Source of the DNA: an uncultured Candidatus Saccharibacteria bacterium
GTDB lineage: Bacteria; Patescibacteriota; WWE3; UBA101185; UBA10185
NCBI GenBank assembly: GCA_964427965.1
Contig: CAYRWK010000002.1
Coordinates: 1 to 38,107 of the forward strand
Reading direction: 5' to 3'
Length of the DNA: 38,107 nucleotides
Shown here: in pieces, positions 17,973 through 26,025 of the stretch
Numbering within the stretch: the first letter of the stretch is position 1
Layout of the letters: each line of letters starts with the position of its first letter
Program-made: the position numbers and the translations under genes
The notes under the pieces: model-generated
Seen by the model: the letters and a program-made list of their open reading frames with translations, nothing else
What the model was told of the DNA's origin: nothing
The model's database searches: none

Positions 17973-18010
17973 ATAATCACCTCCTTCCGGTAAATATCTA
18001 CAGAAAAATG

Positions 18011-18724
18011 CTAACTAAAACTTATAGGGTCAAATAAATTCAATGACTTTATGCTTACAAACTTGTCGTTTGCAATAATAACGTGGTCCATTAATGCTAT
18101 GCCAAGATCAGCCCCCGCTTTGGCAACACGTTCTGTGATTTTTATATCCTGAAGACTTGGAGTTGGGTCTCCTGTTGGGTGATTGTGTGTAAGTACAACC
18201 GATACCGCGTTTTTTTGAAAAGCAAGCTTAAAAACTTCTCTTGGCGAAACCACGGTTTCGTTTACGGTTCCTATTGAAACTATATCTTTGGATATAAAGT
18301 TGTTTCTTGAGTCAAGTGTAACTACATACAAATATTCTTTTTCTTTGCCGTAAAAGTCCTTACATACCAAGTCAAAAACATCCTGCGCTTTTATAATTAA
18401 TACAGATTCTTTTCCATCAACTATTTTTGCCTCCTTACTAATACGAAGAGCAATTTCGCAAGCCGCTTTTATGGAAGAAGCCTTTGCTACACCTATGTTT
18501 TTAAACTGAGTAAGTTCTTTAACATCTAAATTAAGTAAGCCGTTAAACCCGTTGTACTTGGAAAAGATCTGGCCGGCTAGGTCTATCACAGAATTTTTTG
18601 TACCACCCGATCTTAAAATAATTGCCAAAAGTTCTGTATTAGATAGGGTAGATATACCGTAATTTATCAAGCGTTCTCTTGGTTTTTCGGATGTGGGAAG
18701 ATCGCAAACTCGTAAGTCATTCAT
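18011..18724 (-). CDS. radC: RadC-family JAB/MPN domain protein
   Basis: The N-terminal segment PRERL...G...LSNTELLAILLRSG is followed by an HhH region. C-terminal JAMM motif HNHPTGDPTPSLQD. Confidence 0.88.
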   Translation of the reverse strand: MNDLRVCDLPTSEKPRERLINYGISTLSNTELLAIILRSGGTKNSVIDLAGQIFSKYNGFNGLLNLDVKELTQFKNIGVAKASSIKAACEIALRISKEAKIVDGKESVLIIKAQDVFDLVCKDFYGKEKEYLYVVTLDSRNNFISKDIVSIGTVNETVVSPREVFKLAFQKNAVSVVLTHNHPTGDPTPSLQDIKITERVAKAGADLGIALMDHVIIANDKFVSIKSLNLFDPISFS

Positions 18725-18757
18725 AAAACTAATATAGGTTATTGCAATATGAATGTA

Positions 18758-18773
18758 TAGATATTAATATCTA
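18758..18773. promoter_or_regulatory. Perfect 16-bp palindrome TAGATATTAATATCTA; candidate operator in the radC / XRE divergent region
   Basis: Exactly self-complementary. Flanked by the further inverted arms ATGTA (18753-18757) and TACAT (18776-18780). It overlaps the -35/spacer of a TAGAAT -10 element at 18781-18786. Confidence 0.5.
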
Positions 18774-18801
18774 CGTACATTAGAATATTCTTCTCTGCCG
18801 T

Positions 18802-19077
18802 ATGAATACAGACTTATCTACAAAAATAAAAAGACTTCGACTCTCAAAAAACATGTCACAAGATAGGTTTGGAAAAAAGCTTGGATTGTCCGGTAAGACG
18901 ATTTCTGCCTATGAAAAAGGCAGATCTATTCCTTCACTAAAAGTGTTAGAAACTATGTCTTTGGAATTTGACTCTCCGTTATTTCTACTCAAACGAGAAA
19001 AGAAGTATGTGTTGATGGAACAAATAAAAGAGATCAAGAAACTGCTCGAAAATATTTCGGCCGATCTGGGGGCTTAA
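18802..19077 (+). CDS. XRE-family helix-turn-helix transcriptional regulator
   Basis: IKRLRLSKNMSQDRFGKKLGLSGKTISAYEKGRSIPSLKVL is a typical HTH_3 pattern. 91 aa. Its stop overlaps the rpsI stop (TTAA, convergent). Confidence 0.8.
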   Translation: MNTDLSTKIKRLRLSKNMSQDRFGKKLGLSGKTISAYEKGRSIPSLKVLETMSLEFDSPLFLLKREKKYVLMEQIKEIKKLLENISADLGA

Positions 19078-19496
19078 CGCTTTGAGTATTGAGGAGCTTT
19101 CCTTGCTTTTCTCAAGAAGTATTTCTTTCTTTCTACCATTCTTGGATCTCTGGTCAAAAGCCCTTGTTTTCTAAGTATTTTTGCAAATTCTTCGTTTGTT
19201 TTGGCCAAAGCTCTTGATATTGCGTGGATTACTGCACCCATTTGAGCTGATTTGCCGGACCCTTGTACTTTTATTGTTCCGCTATATTGTGCAGATGGGT
19301 GAGATACACCAACTGCGTGAAATGGTTTTAACCAGTTTAATGTGTCTATTTCATTGCTAAAGTAGGTGGAAACATTTTGATCGTTGATTGTGAAATCACC
19401 TTTTTCCAATTTAAAAAATACTCTGGCAACTGCGGTTTTTCTTCTTCCGGTTGCTGTTATAAAATTTTCTTTTTGTTTTTCGATTGTTTTAGCCAT
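19074..19496 (-). CDS. rpsI: 30S ribosomal protein S9
   Basis: GRRKTAVARV, GGG-like core and a C-terminal ...PQYSKR. Confidence 0.95.
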   Translation of the reverse strand: MAKTIEKQKENFITATGRRKTAVARVFFKLEKGDFTINDQNVSTYFSNEIDTLNWLKPFHAVGVSHPSAQYSGTIKVQGSGKSAQMGAVIHAISRALAKTNEEFAKILRKQGLLTRDPRMVERKKYFLRKARKAPQYSKR

Positions 19497-19514
19497 ATAT
19501 TGTTTACGAAGTAA

Positions 19515-19937
19515 TTACTTCTTTGTTTCCTGAGCTTTATGGGGATGCTCTGCTCCTGCATAAATGTATAAATTAGCCATTCTCAATTTTCTAAGTTTAT
19601 TTCTTGGTAACATGTTGGTTACGGCGAGTCTTAAAATCTCGGTTGGTTTTCTTTTACGCATGTGTCCAAGGGTTTCTGTTCTAAGTCCGCCCGGAAAGCC
19701 TGTATAGTGGTGATATACTTTTTTCTCATCTTTATTGCCTGTTACTGCTATCTTTTCAACATTGGTAACTACAACTTTATCACCAAGTTCTTCGTTAGGA
19801 GTAAATACTGCTTTTTCTTTGCCCATTAGTTTTTTGGCAACATTCACAGCTACTTTGCCCAAAATTTCACCTTCAGCATTGATAAAATGCCATTTTTTAA
19901 TAACTTTTTCAGGATTTGGTGCAAATGTTTTTTTCAT
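19515..19937 (-). CDS. rplM: 50S ribosomal protein L13
   Basis: KKWHFINAEGEILGKVAV..AK.L.GK and Y.HYTGFPGG motifs. Conserved rplM-rpsI pair. Confidence 0.95.
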   Translation of the reverse strand: MKKTFAPNPEKVIKKWHFINAEGEILGKVAVNVAKKLMGKEKAVFTPNEELGDKVVVTNVEKIAVTGNKDEKKVYHHYTGFPGGLRTETLGHMRKRKPTEILRLAVTNMLPRNKLRKLRMANLYIYAGAEHPHKAQETKK

Positions 19938-19940
19938 TTA

Positions 19941-20381
19941 TTATTCCTTTACCTCTTTTTCCTCAGTTTTATTAGTTTCCTTAACCTCTTCTTTGGCTTT
20001 TTTAGCAACAGTCTTCTTTGGTTTATCTATCACAAATTCAAATCTGGCCATTTTTGCTGTATCCCCGCCTCTTTGTGGTAGTTTAACTATTCTGGTGTAA
20101 CCGCCAACTCTGGTTTCAAATTGAGGTACTATCTCGTCAAACAAGGCTCTGACTGCTTTTTCAGTAGTGAGTCTGGCTTCAGCAAATTTTTGTCCTTTTA
20201 GGTTTTTGTTTTGCTTAGCTTTGGTAACAAGTTTTTCTACAAAAGGTCTGGCATACTTGGCTTTTGCTAAGGTTGTAACCACTTGTTTGTATTCAATAAT
20301 GGAGGTAGAAAGGTTTTTAATTAAAGCCTTTCTATGAGCCGCGTCCCTGCCTAGTTTTTTCTCTTTAACTCTGTGTAGCAT
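19941..20381 (-). CDS. rplQ: 50S ribosomal protein L17 with a Lys/Glu-rich C-terminal extension
   Basis: MLHRVKEKKLGRDAAHRKAL..NL and GGYTRI.KL..R.GD motifs. Lies downstream of rpoA. Confidence 0.93.
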   Translation of the reverse strand: MLHRVKEKKLGRDAAHRKALIKNLSTSIIEYKQVVTTLAKAKYARPFVEKLVTKAKQNKNLKGQKFAEARLTTEKAVRALFDEIVPQFETRVGGYTRIVKLPQRGGDTAKMARFEFVIDKPKKTVAKKAKEEVKETNKTEEKEVKE

Positions 20382-20405
20382 AGGTCAAGTTTCAAACTTA
20401 ATAAC

Positions 20406-21338
20406 TTAAGCTCTTAAACCCTCTTTCTTAAGTAATTTCTTGATTTCAAGTACTGATTTTTCACCAAGGTTTTTGATATCGGATAATTCCTCGTCTGACT
20501 TACCGGCTAACTCCTCTAAAGTGTCGATTCCTTGTTTCTTTAAAGCGTTAACGGTTCTTGTTGGAAGAGGCAATTCTTCCACCGCAGTTGATTCTCCGGC
20601 TTTTACTTTTGGAGAAGCTGTTTTGCTTTGTTCTTCTTCGTCTGTTTCTACAATCTCATCTTCCCAAACGTTCACTCTTGCATAAAAATTCTTTAAGATT
20701 TCACCTGATTTAATGACCGCATCTTTTGCGGTGGTGCTTCCGTCAGTTTCTACGGTTAAGGTTATTTTATCTAGGTTAGTCATCTTACCAAATCTGGTAG
20801 GTTCTACTTCGTAATGAGCGGTAATAATTGGAGAGTATGAAGCGTCCAAAACGATTACTCCAATTTTGGAAGTTTGTCTTTCTTCCATTGGTGAGTAACC
20901 TGTACCTTTTTCAATGACGATATCGGCCTTAAAGGTAGCGTTTTTGTCGTTAAGTGTGCAAAGTACTAAGTCTTTGTTTAACACTTCAACTTCTGAGGAT
21001 ACTTCAATGTCACCTGCAGTAACACTTCCCGGACCTTTTTTGTTAATTGCTGCGGCTACCGGATTTTGTGAGTGATTAAGAAATCTTACTTTCTTAAGGT
21101 TAAGTGTAATTTCAACAATATCTTCTTTTACACCTGATACGGTGGTAAATTGGTGATCCGCTCCTGCAATTTTGACTTGGGTAATGGCAGATCCTTCAAG
21201 AGAGGTTAACAAAATTCTCTTTAAAGAATTTCCCATGGTGTGTCCAAAACCTGTTGGGAGAGGTTCAAATACGAAAACTCCGGTATTACCTTTTTCCGAA
21301 GCTATGCTAATTTTTAAATCTGACGCGTTAACTTGCAT
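20406..21338 (-). CDS. rpoA: DNA-directed RNA polymerase subunit alpha
   Basis: N-terminal domain FEPL..GFGHT.GNSLRR.LL. The C-terminal domain has L.LP.RT.N.LK...I.T...L. SD AAGGAG 9 nt upstream. Confidence 0.95.
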   Translation of the reverse strand: MQVNASDLKISIASEKGNTGVFVFEPLPTGFGHTMGNSLKRILLTSLEGSAITQVKIAGADHQFTTVSGVKEDIVEITLNLKKVRFLNHSQNPVAAAINKKGPGSVTAGDIEVSSEVEVLNKDLVLCTLNDKNATFKADIVIEKGTGYSPMEERQTSKIGVIVLDASYSPIITAHYEVEPTRFGKMTNLDKITLTVETDGSTTAKDAVIKSGEILKNFYARVNVWEDEIVETDEEEQSKTASPKVKAGESTAVEELPLPTRTVNALKKQGIDTLEELAGKSDEELSDIKNLGEKSVLEIKKLLKKEGLRA

Positions 21339-21350
21339 TTTAAAAACTCC

Positions 21351-21953
21351 TTATCTTGAGTAATACTCAATAATTAACTGAACCTTAATATTTTCAGCTG
21401 ACTCTTCTATGGATGGAAGCCTGACAAGCTTTACTTGTTTTTCTTTTACGTTAGCTTCAAGCCACTCGGGCATAATAAAGCCTTCTCTCAAATGTACTTT
21501 ATCAAAACTAAGCGGCTTAATGATGTCGTTTAGTCTAAGCTGAGCGGAAGGAATGGTTTGCTTTTTATCATTTACTTCAAAAACTCCGGATCTTATTAGT
21601 TGTCTTGCTTGAGGTCTTGATGTAGCAAAGCCTGATCTGTATACCATATTATCTAGTCTGGTTTCAAGCTCTTGCATTAATACCTCGCCCGTAACGCCTT
21701 TTGCTTTTAGAGCTTTGTTTACATATTTCTTAAATTGTTTCTCTAAAACGCCGTAAATTCTTTTTGCTTTTTGCTTTTCTCTCAATTGTTCTCCATAGCC
21801 CGAGAGTCTTCTTCTGGAAGTACCGTGTTGGCCGGGAGCTTGAGAGCGTTTATTTAAGGTGCATTTTTCACTTTCACATTTGGTACCTTTAAGATAAAGC
21901 TTAACGCCTTCTCTTCTGCATAGTCTGCATTTTGCGTCTTTGTATCTAGCCAT
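21351..21953 (-). CDS. rpsD: 30S ribosomal protein S4
   Basis: [16 protein letters not shown]... and an S4 RNA-binding domain. The start is taken at ATG 21953, which overlaps the rpsK stop (TAATG). The ORF-track start at 21983 is a TTG inside rpsK. Confidence 0.93.
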   Translation of the reverse strand: MARYKDAKCRLCRREGVKLYLKGTKCESEKCTLNKRSQAPGQHGTSRRRLSGYGEQLREKQKAKRIYGVLEKQFKKYVNKALKAKGVTGEVLMQELETRLDNMVYRSGFATSRPQARQLIRSGVFEVNDKKQTIPSAQLRLNDIIKPLSFDKVHLREGFIMPEWLEANVKEKQVKLVRLPSIEESAENIKVQLIIEYYSR

Positions 21954-22342
21954 TAGATTCTTCTCCTTTTCTTGGGGCGACAACCGTTATGTGGAATAGG
22001 GGTTTGATCGGTGATTGCGGTTACGTTAAGTCCTGCGCCTTTTAGTGCTTTGATGGAAGAAATTCTACCCATTCCAGGTCCTTTTACAAATACTGCTACT
22101 TCTTTCATGCCTTTTTCGTATGCGTTTTTAGCAACTTCTTCTGCGGCTTTAGTTGCGGCGTATGGAGTTGATTTTCTGGAGCCCTTAAAGCCCGATTTAC
22201 CTGAGCTTCCTGCAAATAATGCGTTGCCTTCAGGATCAGTGATTGTAATAATTGTGTTATTAAATCCGGCTGAAATGTAAACTCTTCCTGTTGCAGGTAT
22301 TGTTTTTACTTTATTCTTTTTTGTAGTTTTTGTAGTGACCAT
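21953..22342 (-). CDS. rpsK: 30S ribosomal protein S11
   Basis: Matching segments: [35 protein letters not shown] and [12 protein letters not shown]. Confidence 0.95.
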   Translation of the reverse strand: MVTTKTTKKNKVKTIPATGRVYISAGFNNTIITITDPEGNALFAGSSGKSGFKGSRKSTPYAATKAAEEVAKNAYEKGMKEVAVFVKGPGMGRISSIKALKGAGLNVTAITDQTPIPHNGCRPKKRRRI

Positions 22343-22355
22343 ACAATATTACTCG

Positions 22356-22742
22356 CTATTTCTTTGCTAATTTTTTCTTCATTCCTCCTACAGTCTTTTT
22401 CTTACCTTTTCTGGTTCTAGCATTGGATCTTGTTCTTTGACCTCTTACGGGAAGTCCTGCTTTGTGTCTTTTTCCTCTGTATGAACCAATTTCAATTAGT
22501 CTTCTAATGTTTTGTGAAACTACTCTTCTAAGCTCGCCTTCAGTTGGTATGCCAAGTTCAGCAATTTGAGTTCTGATGGCTGCAAAATCGGTTTCGGTTA
22601 AATCTTTAACTCTTGTGTCTATGTTTATTTTTGTTGCAGCTAAAATCTTTTTTGCAAGGGTGGGACCAATGCCGTAAATATAGGTTAAGCCTACTTCAAT
22701 TCTTTTATCGTTTGGTATTTCTGTTCCTGCAAATCTAGCCAT
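22356..22742 (-). CDS. rpsM: 30S ribosomal protein S13
   Basis: [26 protein letters not shown] and [20 protein letters not shown]. Confidence 0.95.
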   Translation of the reverse strand: MARFAGTEIPNDKRIEVGLTYIYGIGPTLAKKILAATKINIDTRVKDLTETDFAAIRTQIAELGIPTEGELRRVVSQNIRRLIEIGSYRGKRHKAGLPVRGQRTRSNARTRKGKKKTVGGMKKKLAKK

Positions 22743-22748
22743 ATTTTT

Positions 22749-22865
22749 TTAACCTTGTCTTTGTTTGTGCTTGGGATTTCTTTTACAAATTACCCTCACA
22801 ACGCCTTCTCTTCTGACAATTTTACATTCTCTGCATATTAACTTTACAGATGATCTTACTTTCAT
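22749..22865 (-). CDS. rpmJ: 50S ribosomal protein L36 (38 aa, absent from the ORF track)
   Basis: Hand translation gives [38 protein letters not shown]. It occupies the canonical infA-rpmJ-rpsM position. Confidence 0.9.
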   Translation of the reverse strand: MKVRSSVKLICRECKIVRREGVVRVICKRNPKHKQRQG

Positions 22866-22877
22866 TATTTATTCCTT

Positions 22878-23102
22878 TTATCTATATCTGTAAGAGATTC
22901 TTCCGCGAGTCAGATCGTGGGGAGAGAATTCTACCTTTACTCTATCACCCGGAAGTATTCTTATCTTAAACTTTCGCATTTTACCAGAAAGAGCCGCCAA
23001 TGCAATAGTTTCCTCGTTATCTAAAGCAACCTTAAACATTCCTCCCATAAGGGACTCTTTTACGACTCCATCTTTAGCTATTATTTCTTTAGTCGAACTC
23101 AT
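22878..23102 (-). CDS. infA: Translation initiation factor IF-1
   Basis: 74 aa with an S1-like fold signature: G.V.E.L....F.V.L.N......[26 protein letters not shown]. Confidence 0.95.
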   Translation of the reverse strand: MSSTKEIIAKDGVVKESLMGGMFKVALDNEETIALAALSGKMRKFKIRILPGDRVKVEFSPHDLTRGRISYRYR

Positions 23103-23204
23103 GCAACATTAATACTATGCGATTACTGGCTAGTATACCAGTAAGGTGTTCAAGATTCTAGCATAATGTATTGCAAAAGCAACAAAATCCATTATCATAC
23201 CTTT

Positions 23205-24485
23205 ATGCTTGATATTAAGTATATTCGAGAAAATCCTGAAGTTGTGAAAAAAGGTGTTATCGATAAACAACTCTCAAAAACTATTGATATAGATAAATTA
23301 CTTGAGCTTGATGCCAAGTATTTAGATTTATTACGTAAAGTTGAGATTCACCGTAGCTTAAGAAACAAGTTATCCGAAGATATTTCCAAAGTAGAAGGAG
23401 CTGAACGAGAAAAGCTGATTAAAGAAGCAACTGGTGTAAAAACAGAACTTGCTGACATGGAAACTCATCTTAAAGACCTTAAAACAAAGATTGATGAGAT
23501 GTTGCTGTGGGTTCCAAACCCTCCTGCGGAAGATGTACCTGTTGGAGAAAACGATGAAGGAAATGTTGTAGTTCGCAAAGAAGGTATCCCCGCAGAGTTT
23601 TCTTTTACTCCCAAAGAACACCTGGATTTAGGAACAGAACTTGGCATTATTGACACCGAGCGTGGTGCAAAAGTTGCGGGATTTAGAGGCTATTACTTAA
23701 AAGGTGACGGAGCTATGCTTGAACAAGCCCTGTTAAAGTACGCTATTGATTTTATGGTAGAAAAAGGTTTTGAACTAATGAGCGTTCCGGCAATGGTTAA
23801 GCCTGAGTTTTTTACGGGTACCGGATATTTTCCATGGGGGGATGAGGATCACTATAAAACCCAAGATGATATGGCTTTAATAGGTACTGCTGAAGTTCCT
23901 TTAACTGCATATTATGCAGGCGAAGTCTTAAACGAGGACGATCTTCCTATAAAATTTGTTGGCCGAAGTCCTGGGTTTAGACGTGAAATCGGATCTTACG
24001 GTAAAGACACTAAAGGTGTGTTTAGAGTTCATCAAATAGATAAAGTTGAACAGGTTGTACTTCTTCCCGCAGATGAAAAGTTATCTATAGCATGGCATGA
24101 AAAAATGCTTGGTAATGCCGAGGAGTTACTAAAAAGTTTAGGGATTGCTTATCAAGTGGTACTAATGTGTAGTGGTGATATGGGGGCAGGACAGCGTAAA
24201 AAATATGATATAGAGTCGTACTTTCCGGGTCAAAATAAATATAGAGAAACTCATTCTGATAGCTACTTTTTGGATTTTCAGGCTAGGAGATTGAACATTA
24301 AATACAAAGCCAAAGATGGGACGGTAAAATACGTATACACCTTAAATAATACCGTTGCTGCAAGTCCAAGGTTGTTGGCATGTATCATTGAAAACTACCA
24401 GCAAGAGGATGGTACTATTTTGGTACCGGAAGTTTTACAAAAGTACATGAACATTAAGAAAATTACCAAGAAGGTAAAAGACTAA
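23205..24485 (+). CDS. serS: Seryl-tRNA synthetase
   Basis: MLDIKYIRENPE... with an N-terminal coiled coil. Class II motifs: FRRE.G..G.DT.G.FRVHQF-like (GFRREIGSYGKDTKGVFRVHQ) and TLNNT..A..R. The start is taken at ATG 23205 rather than the ORF-track start at 23166. Confidence 0.93.
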   Translation: MLDIKYIRENPEVVKKGVIDKQLSKTIDIDKLLELDAKYLDLLRKVEIHRSLRNKLSEDISKVEGAEREKLIKEATGVKTELADMETHLKDLKTKIDEMLLWVPNPPAEDVPVGENDEGNVVVRKEGIPAEFSFTPKEHLDLGTELGIIDTERGAKVAGFRGYYLKGDGAMLEQALLKYAIDFMVEKGFELMSVPAMVKPEFFTGTGYFPWGDEDHYKTQDDMALIGTAEVPLTAYYAGEVLNEDDLPIKFVGRSPGFRREIGSYGKDTKGVFRVHQIDKVEQVVLLPADEKLSIAWHEKMLGNAEELLKSLGIAYQVVLMCSGDMGAGQRKKYDIESYFPGQNKYRETHSDSYFLDFQARRLNIKYKAKDGTVKYVYTLNNTVAASPRLLACIIENYQQEDGTILVPEVLQKYMNIKKITKKVKD

Positions 24486-24491
24486 ATTAAC

Positions 24492-25181
24492 ATGAGTATA
24501 TTTGACAATATCAAACTGCCAAAGCTTATTCACATTGTTCCCTCCAAATTTAACGGTAATATCGAAATCTGGCAGTCGGGTAAAACCACAAAACTTATAG
24601 CTGATGGTACAGTCCAATCAGTTAACTGGGATTCTCCGGTGGCTGAAAAAATGGTTTTTGGCAGGATGGTTCAGGTGCTAAAACAACAAGAGCCCAATTT
24701 GAGAAAGGTTTTAGTCTTTGGTTTGGGTGGTGGGGCGATGCAAAATTTAATCTCCAAATCATTTCCAGGAGTTGAAATTATTAGTGTTGAAATTGATCCG
24801 GTGATGATTGATACTGCCAAAGAGTTTTTTAACTTAGATCAAATTCCCAATCATAGAGTTATTAATGATGATGCTTTTAGAGTAGTGGTTGAGCCTGAGA
24901 AATTTGATTTAACAATTCAAAGTTTTGATGCGGTTGTGATTGATATTTATTGTGGATCAAAATATCCCGATCTTGGAAAGTCCGGGAATTTTTTTGCGTC
25001 AATTAAAAAGATTCTTCATCCTGGGGGTTTAGCAGTTTTTAATAGAATCTATTTGCAATCTCACCAATACGATGTTGATTTATTTGTTAAGGATTTGAGT
25101 GAGTTTTTTACTGATGTTAATACGACTACTGTTGCGGGTAAGACAAACTCAGACAATATCCTTATATATGGGAGAGCATAG
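24492..25181 (+). CDS. Spermidine-synthase-fold / class I SAM-dependent methyltransferase-like protein
   Basis: VLVFGLGGGAMQ (GxGxG), SVEIDP, NDDAF and VVIDIY follow the PABS/methyltransferase-fold order. Substrate unknown. Confidence 0.6.
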   Translation: MSIFDNIKLPKLIHIVPSKFNGNIEIWQSGKTTKLIADGTVQSVNWDSPVAEKMVFGRMVQVLKQQEPNLRKVLVFGLGGGAMQNLISKSFPGVEIISVEIDPVMIDTAKEFFNLDQIPNHRVINDDAFRVVVEPEKFDLTIQSFDAVVIDIYCGSKYPDLGKSGNFFASIKKILHPGGLAVFNRIYLQSHQYDVDLFVKDLSEFFTDVNTTTVAGKTNSDNILIYGRA

Positions 25182-26015
25182 ATGTCTATTTTTCAGGCTG
25201 TAGTTTTGGGGATTGTTCAAGGTCTTACAGAATTCTTACCCGTTTCATCAACTGGACATTTAATTATTTTTCCCTTGTTATTAAAATGGCCTCTACCACC
25301 TTTGGTATTTGATACCACTTTGCATCTGGCAACTGCTACCTCTCTCATAGTGTTTTTTTACAAAGACTTAGTTGAACTTGCTAGGGCTTTAGTTGGGGAT
25401 TTAGTTAAAAATAACTTTAGGTTTAAGAATTATTCACCAAAGTCATTAACGGGACTAGCAATTGTTGTTGGTTGTATTCCTGCGGGAGTGCTTGGATTTT
25501 TGGCGGGAGATTTTATTGAAAATATTTTTAGGAGTATGGTTTGGGTTGCTGTCTTTTTAATTCTAGGGAGCGTTTTAATTTATATCGCTGAAAGGTTTGC
25601 TTTGGTTCATAAAAATTCTCAGTTAGCTGAGCAAGTTTCTCCAAAGAAAGGTTTTTTTATAGGGTTATTTCAAAGCATTGCTCTGCTACCTGGTATTAGT
25701 AGATCGGGCTCAACAATAAGCGGAGGTTTGTTTTTTGGTTTAGATAGACAAAGTGCGGTTAAGTTTTCTTTTTTGCTATCTATACCTATTGTATTAGTAG
25801 CAGGTCTTTCTCAGTTAGTGTTTTCTTTTGACAAGATGGAAGCTTTACCGCCTATGGCTATTGTTGCGGGGTTTATTTCTGGGTTTGTTAGCGGGTTATT
25901 TGCAATCAAGTTTTTGCTGGGTTTTGTAAAAACTAATTCTTTTAAAGTCTTTATTATTTATCGCGTACTGTTAGCGATATTTTTGTTAATTTCTTTTTAC
26001 ACTACGGTGTTATAA
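25182..26015 (+). CDS. uppP: Undecaprenyl-diphosphate phosphatase (UppP/BacA)
   Basis: Matching segments: GIVQGLTEFLPVSSTGHL and PGISRSGSTISGG. Polytopic membrane profile. Confidence 0.9.
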   Translation: MSIFQAVVLGIVQGLTEFLPVSSTGHLIIFPLLLKWPLPPLVFDTTLHLATATSLIVFFYKDLVELARALVGDLVKNNFRFKNYSPKSLTGLAIVVGCIPAGVLGFLAGDFIENIFRSMVWVAVFLILGSVLIYIAERFALVHKNSQLAEQVSPKKGFFIGLFQSIALLPGISRSGSTISGGLFFGLDRQSAVKFSFLLSIPIVLVAGLSQLVFSFDKMEALPPMAIVAGFISGFVSGLFAIKFLLGFVKTNSFKVFIIYRVLLAIFLLISFYTTVL

Positions 26016-26025
26016 TCAGCTCGCT

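Noticed and set aside
17385-19077. TasA-like gene, radC and XRE regulator as a toxin-antitoxin, defence or mobile islet
   Set aside because: There is no integrase, transposase, flanking repeat or recognisable toxin/nuclease. RadC is full length with the usual N-terminal domain. The genes are separated by their own signals, including a terminator and a divergent promoter. They are treated as individual chromosomal genes.
23103-23204. T-box or other riboswitch leader upstream of serS
   Set aside because: Only about 100 nt are shared with the divergent infA promoter. A -10 sits 6 nt from the serS ATG. There is no specifier/antiterminator architecture and no room for a T-box of about 200 nt.
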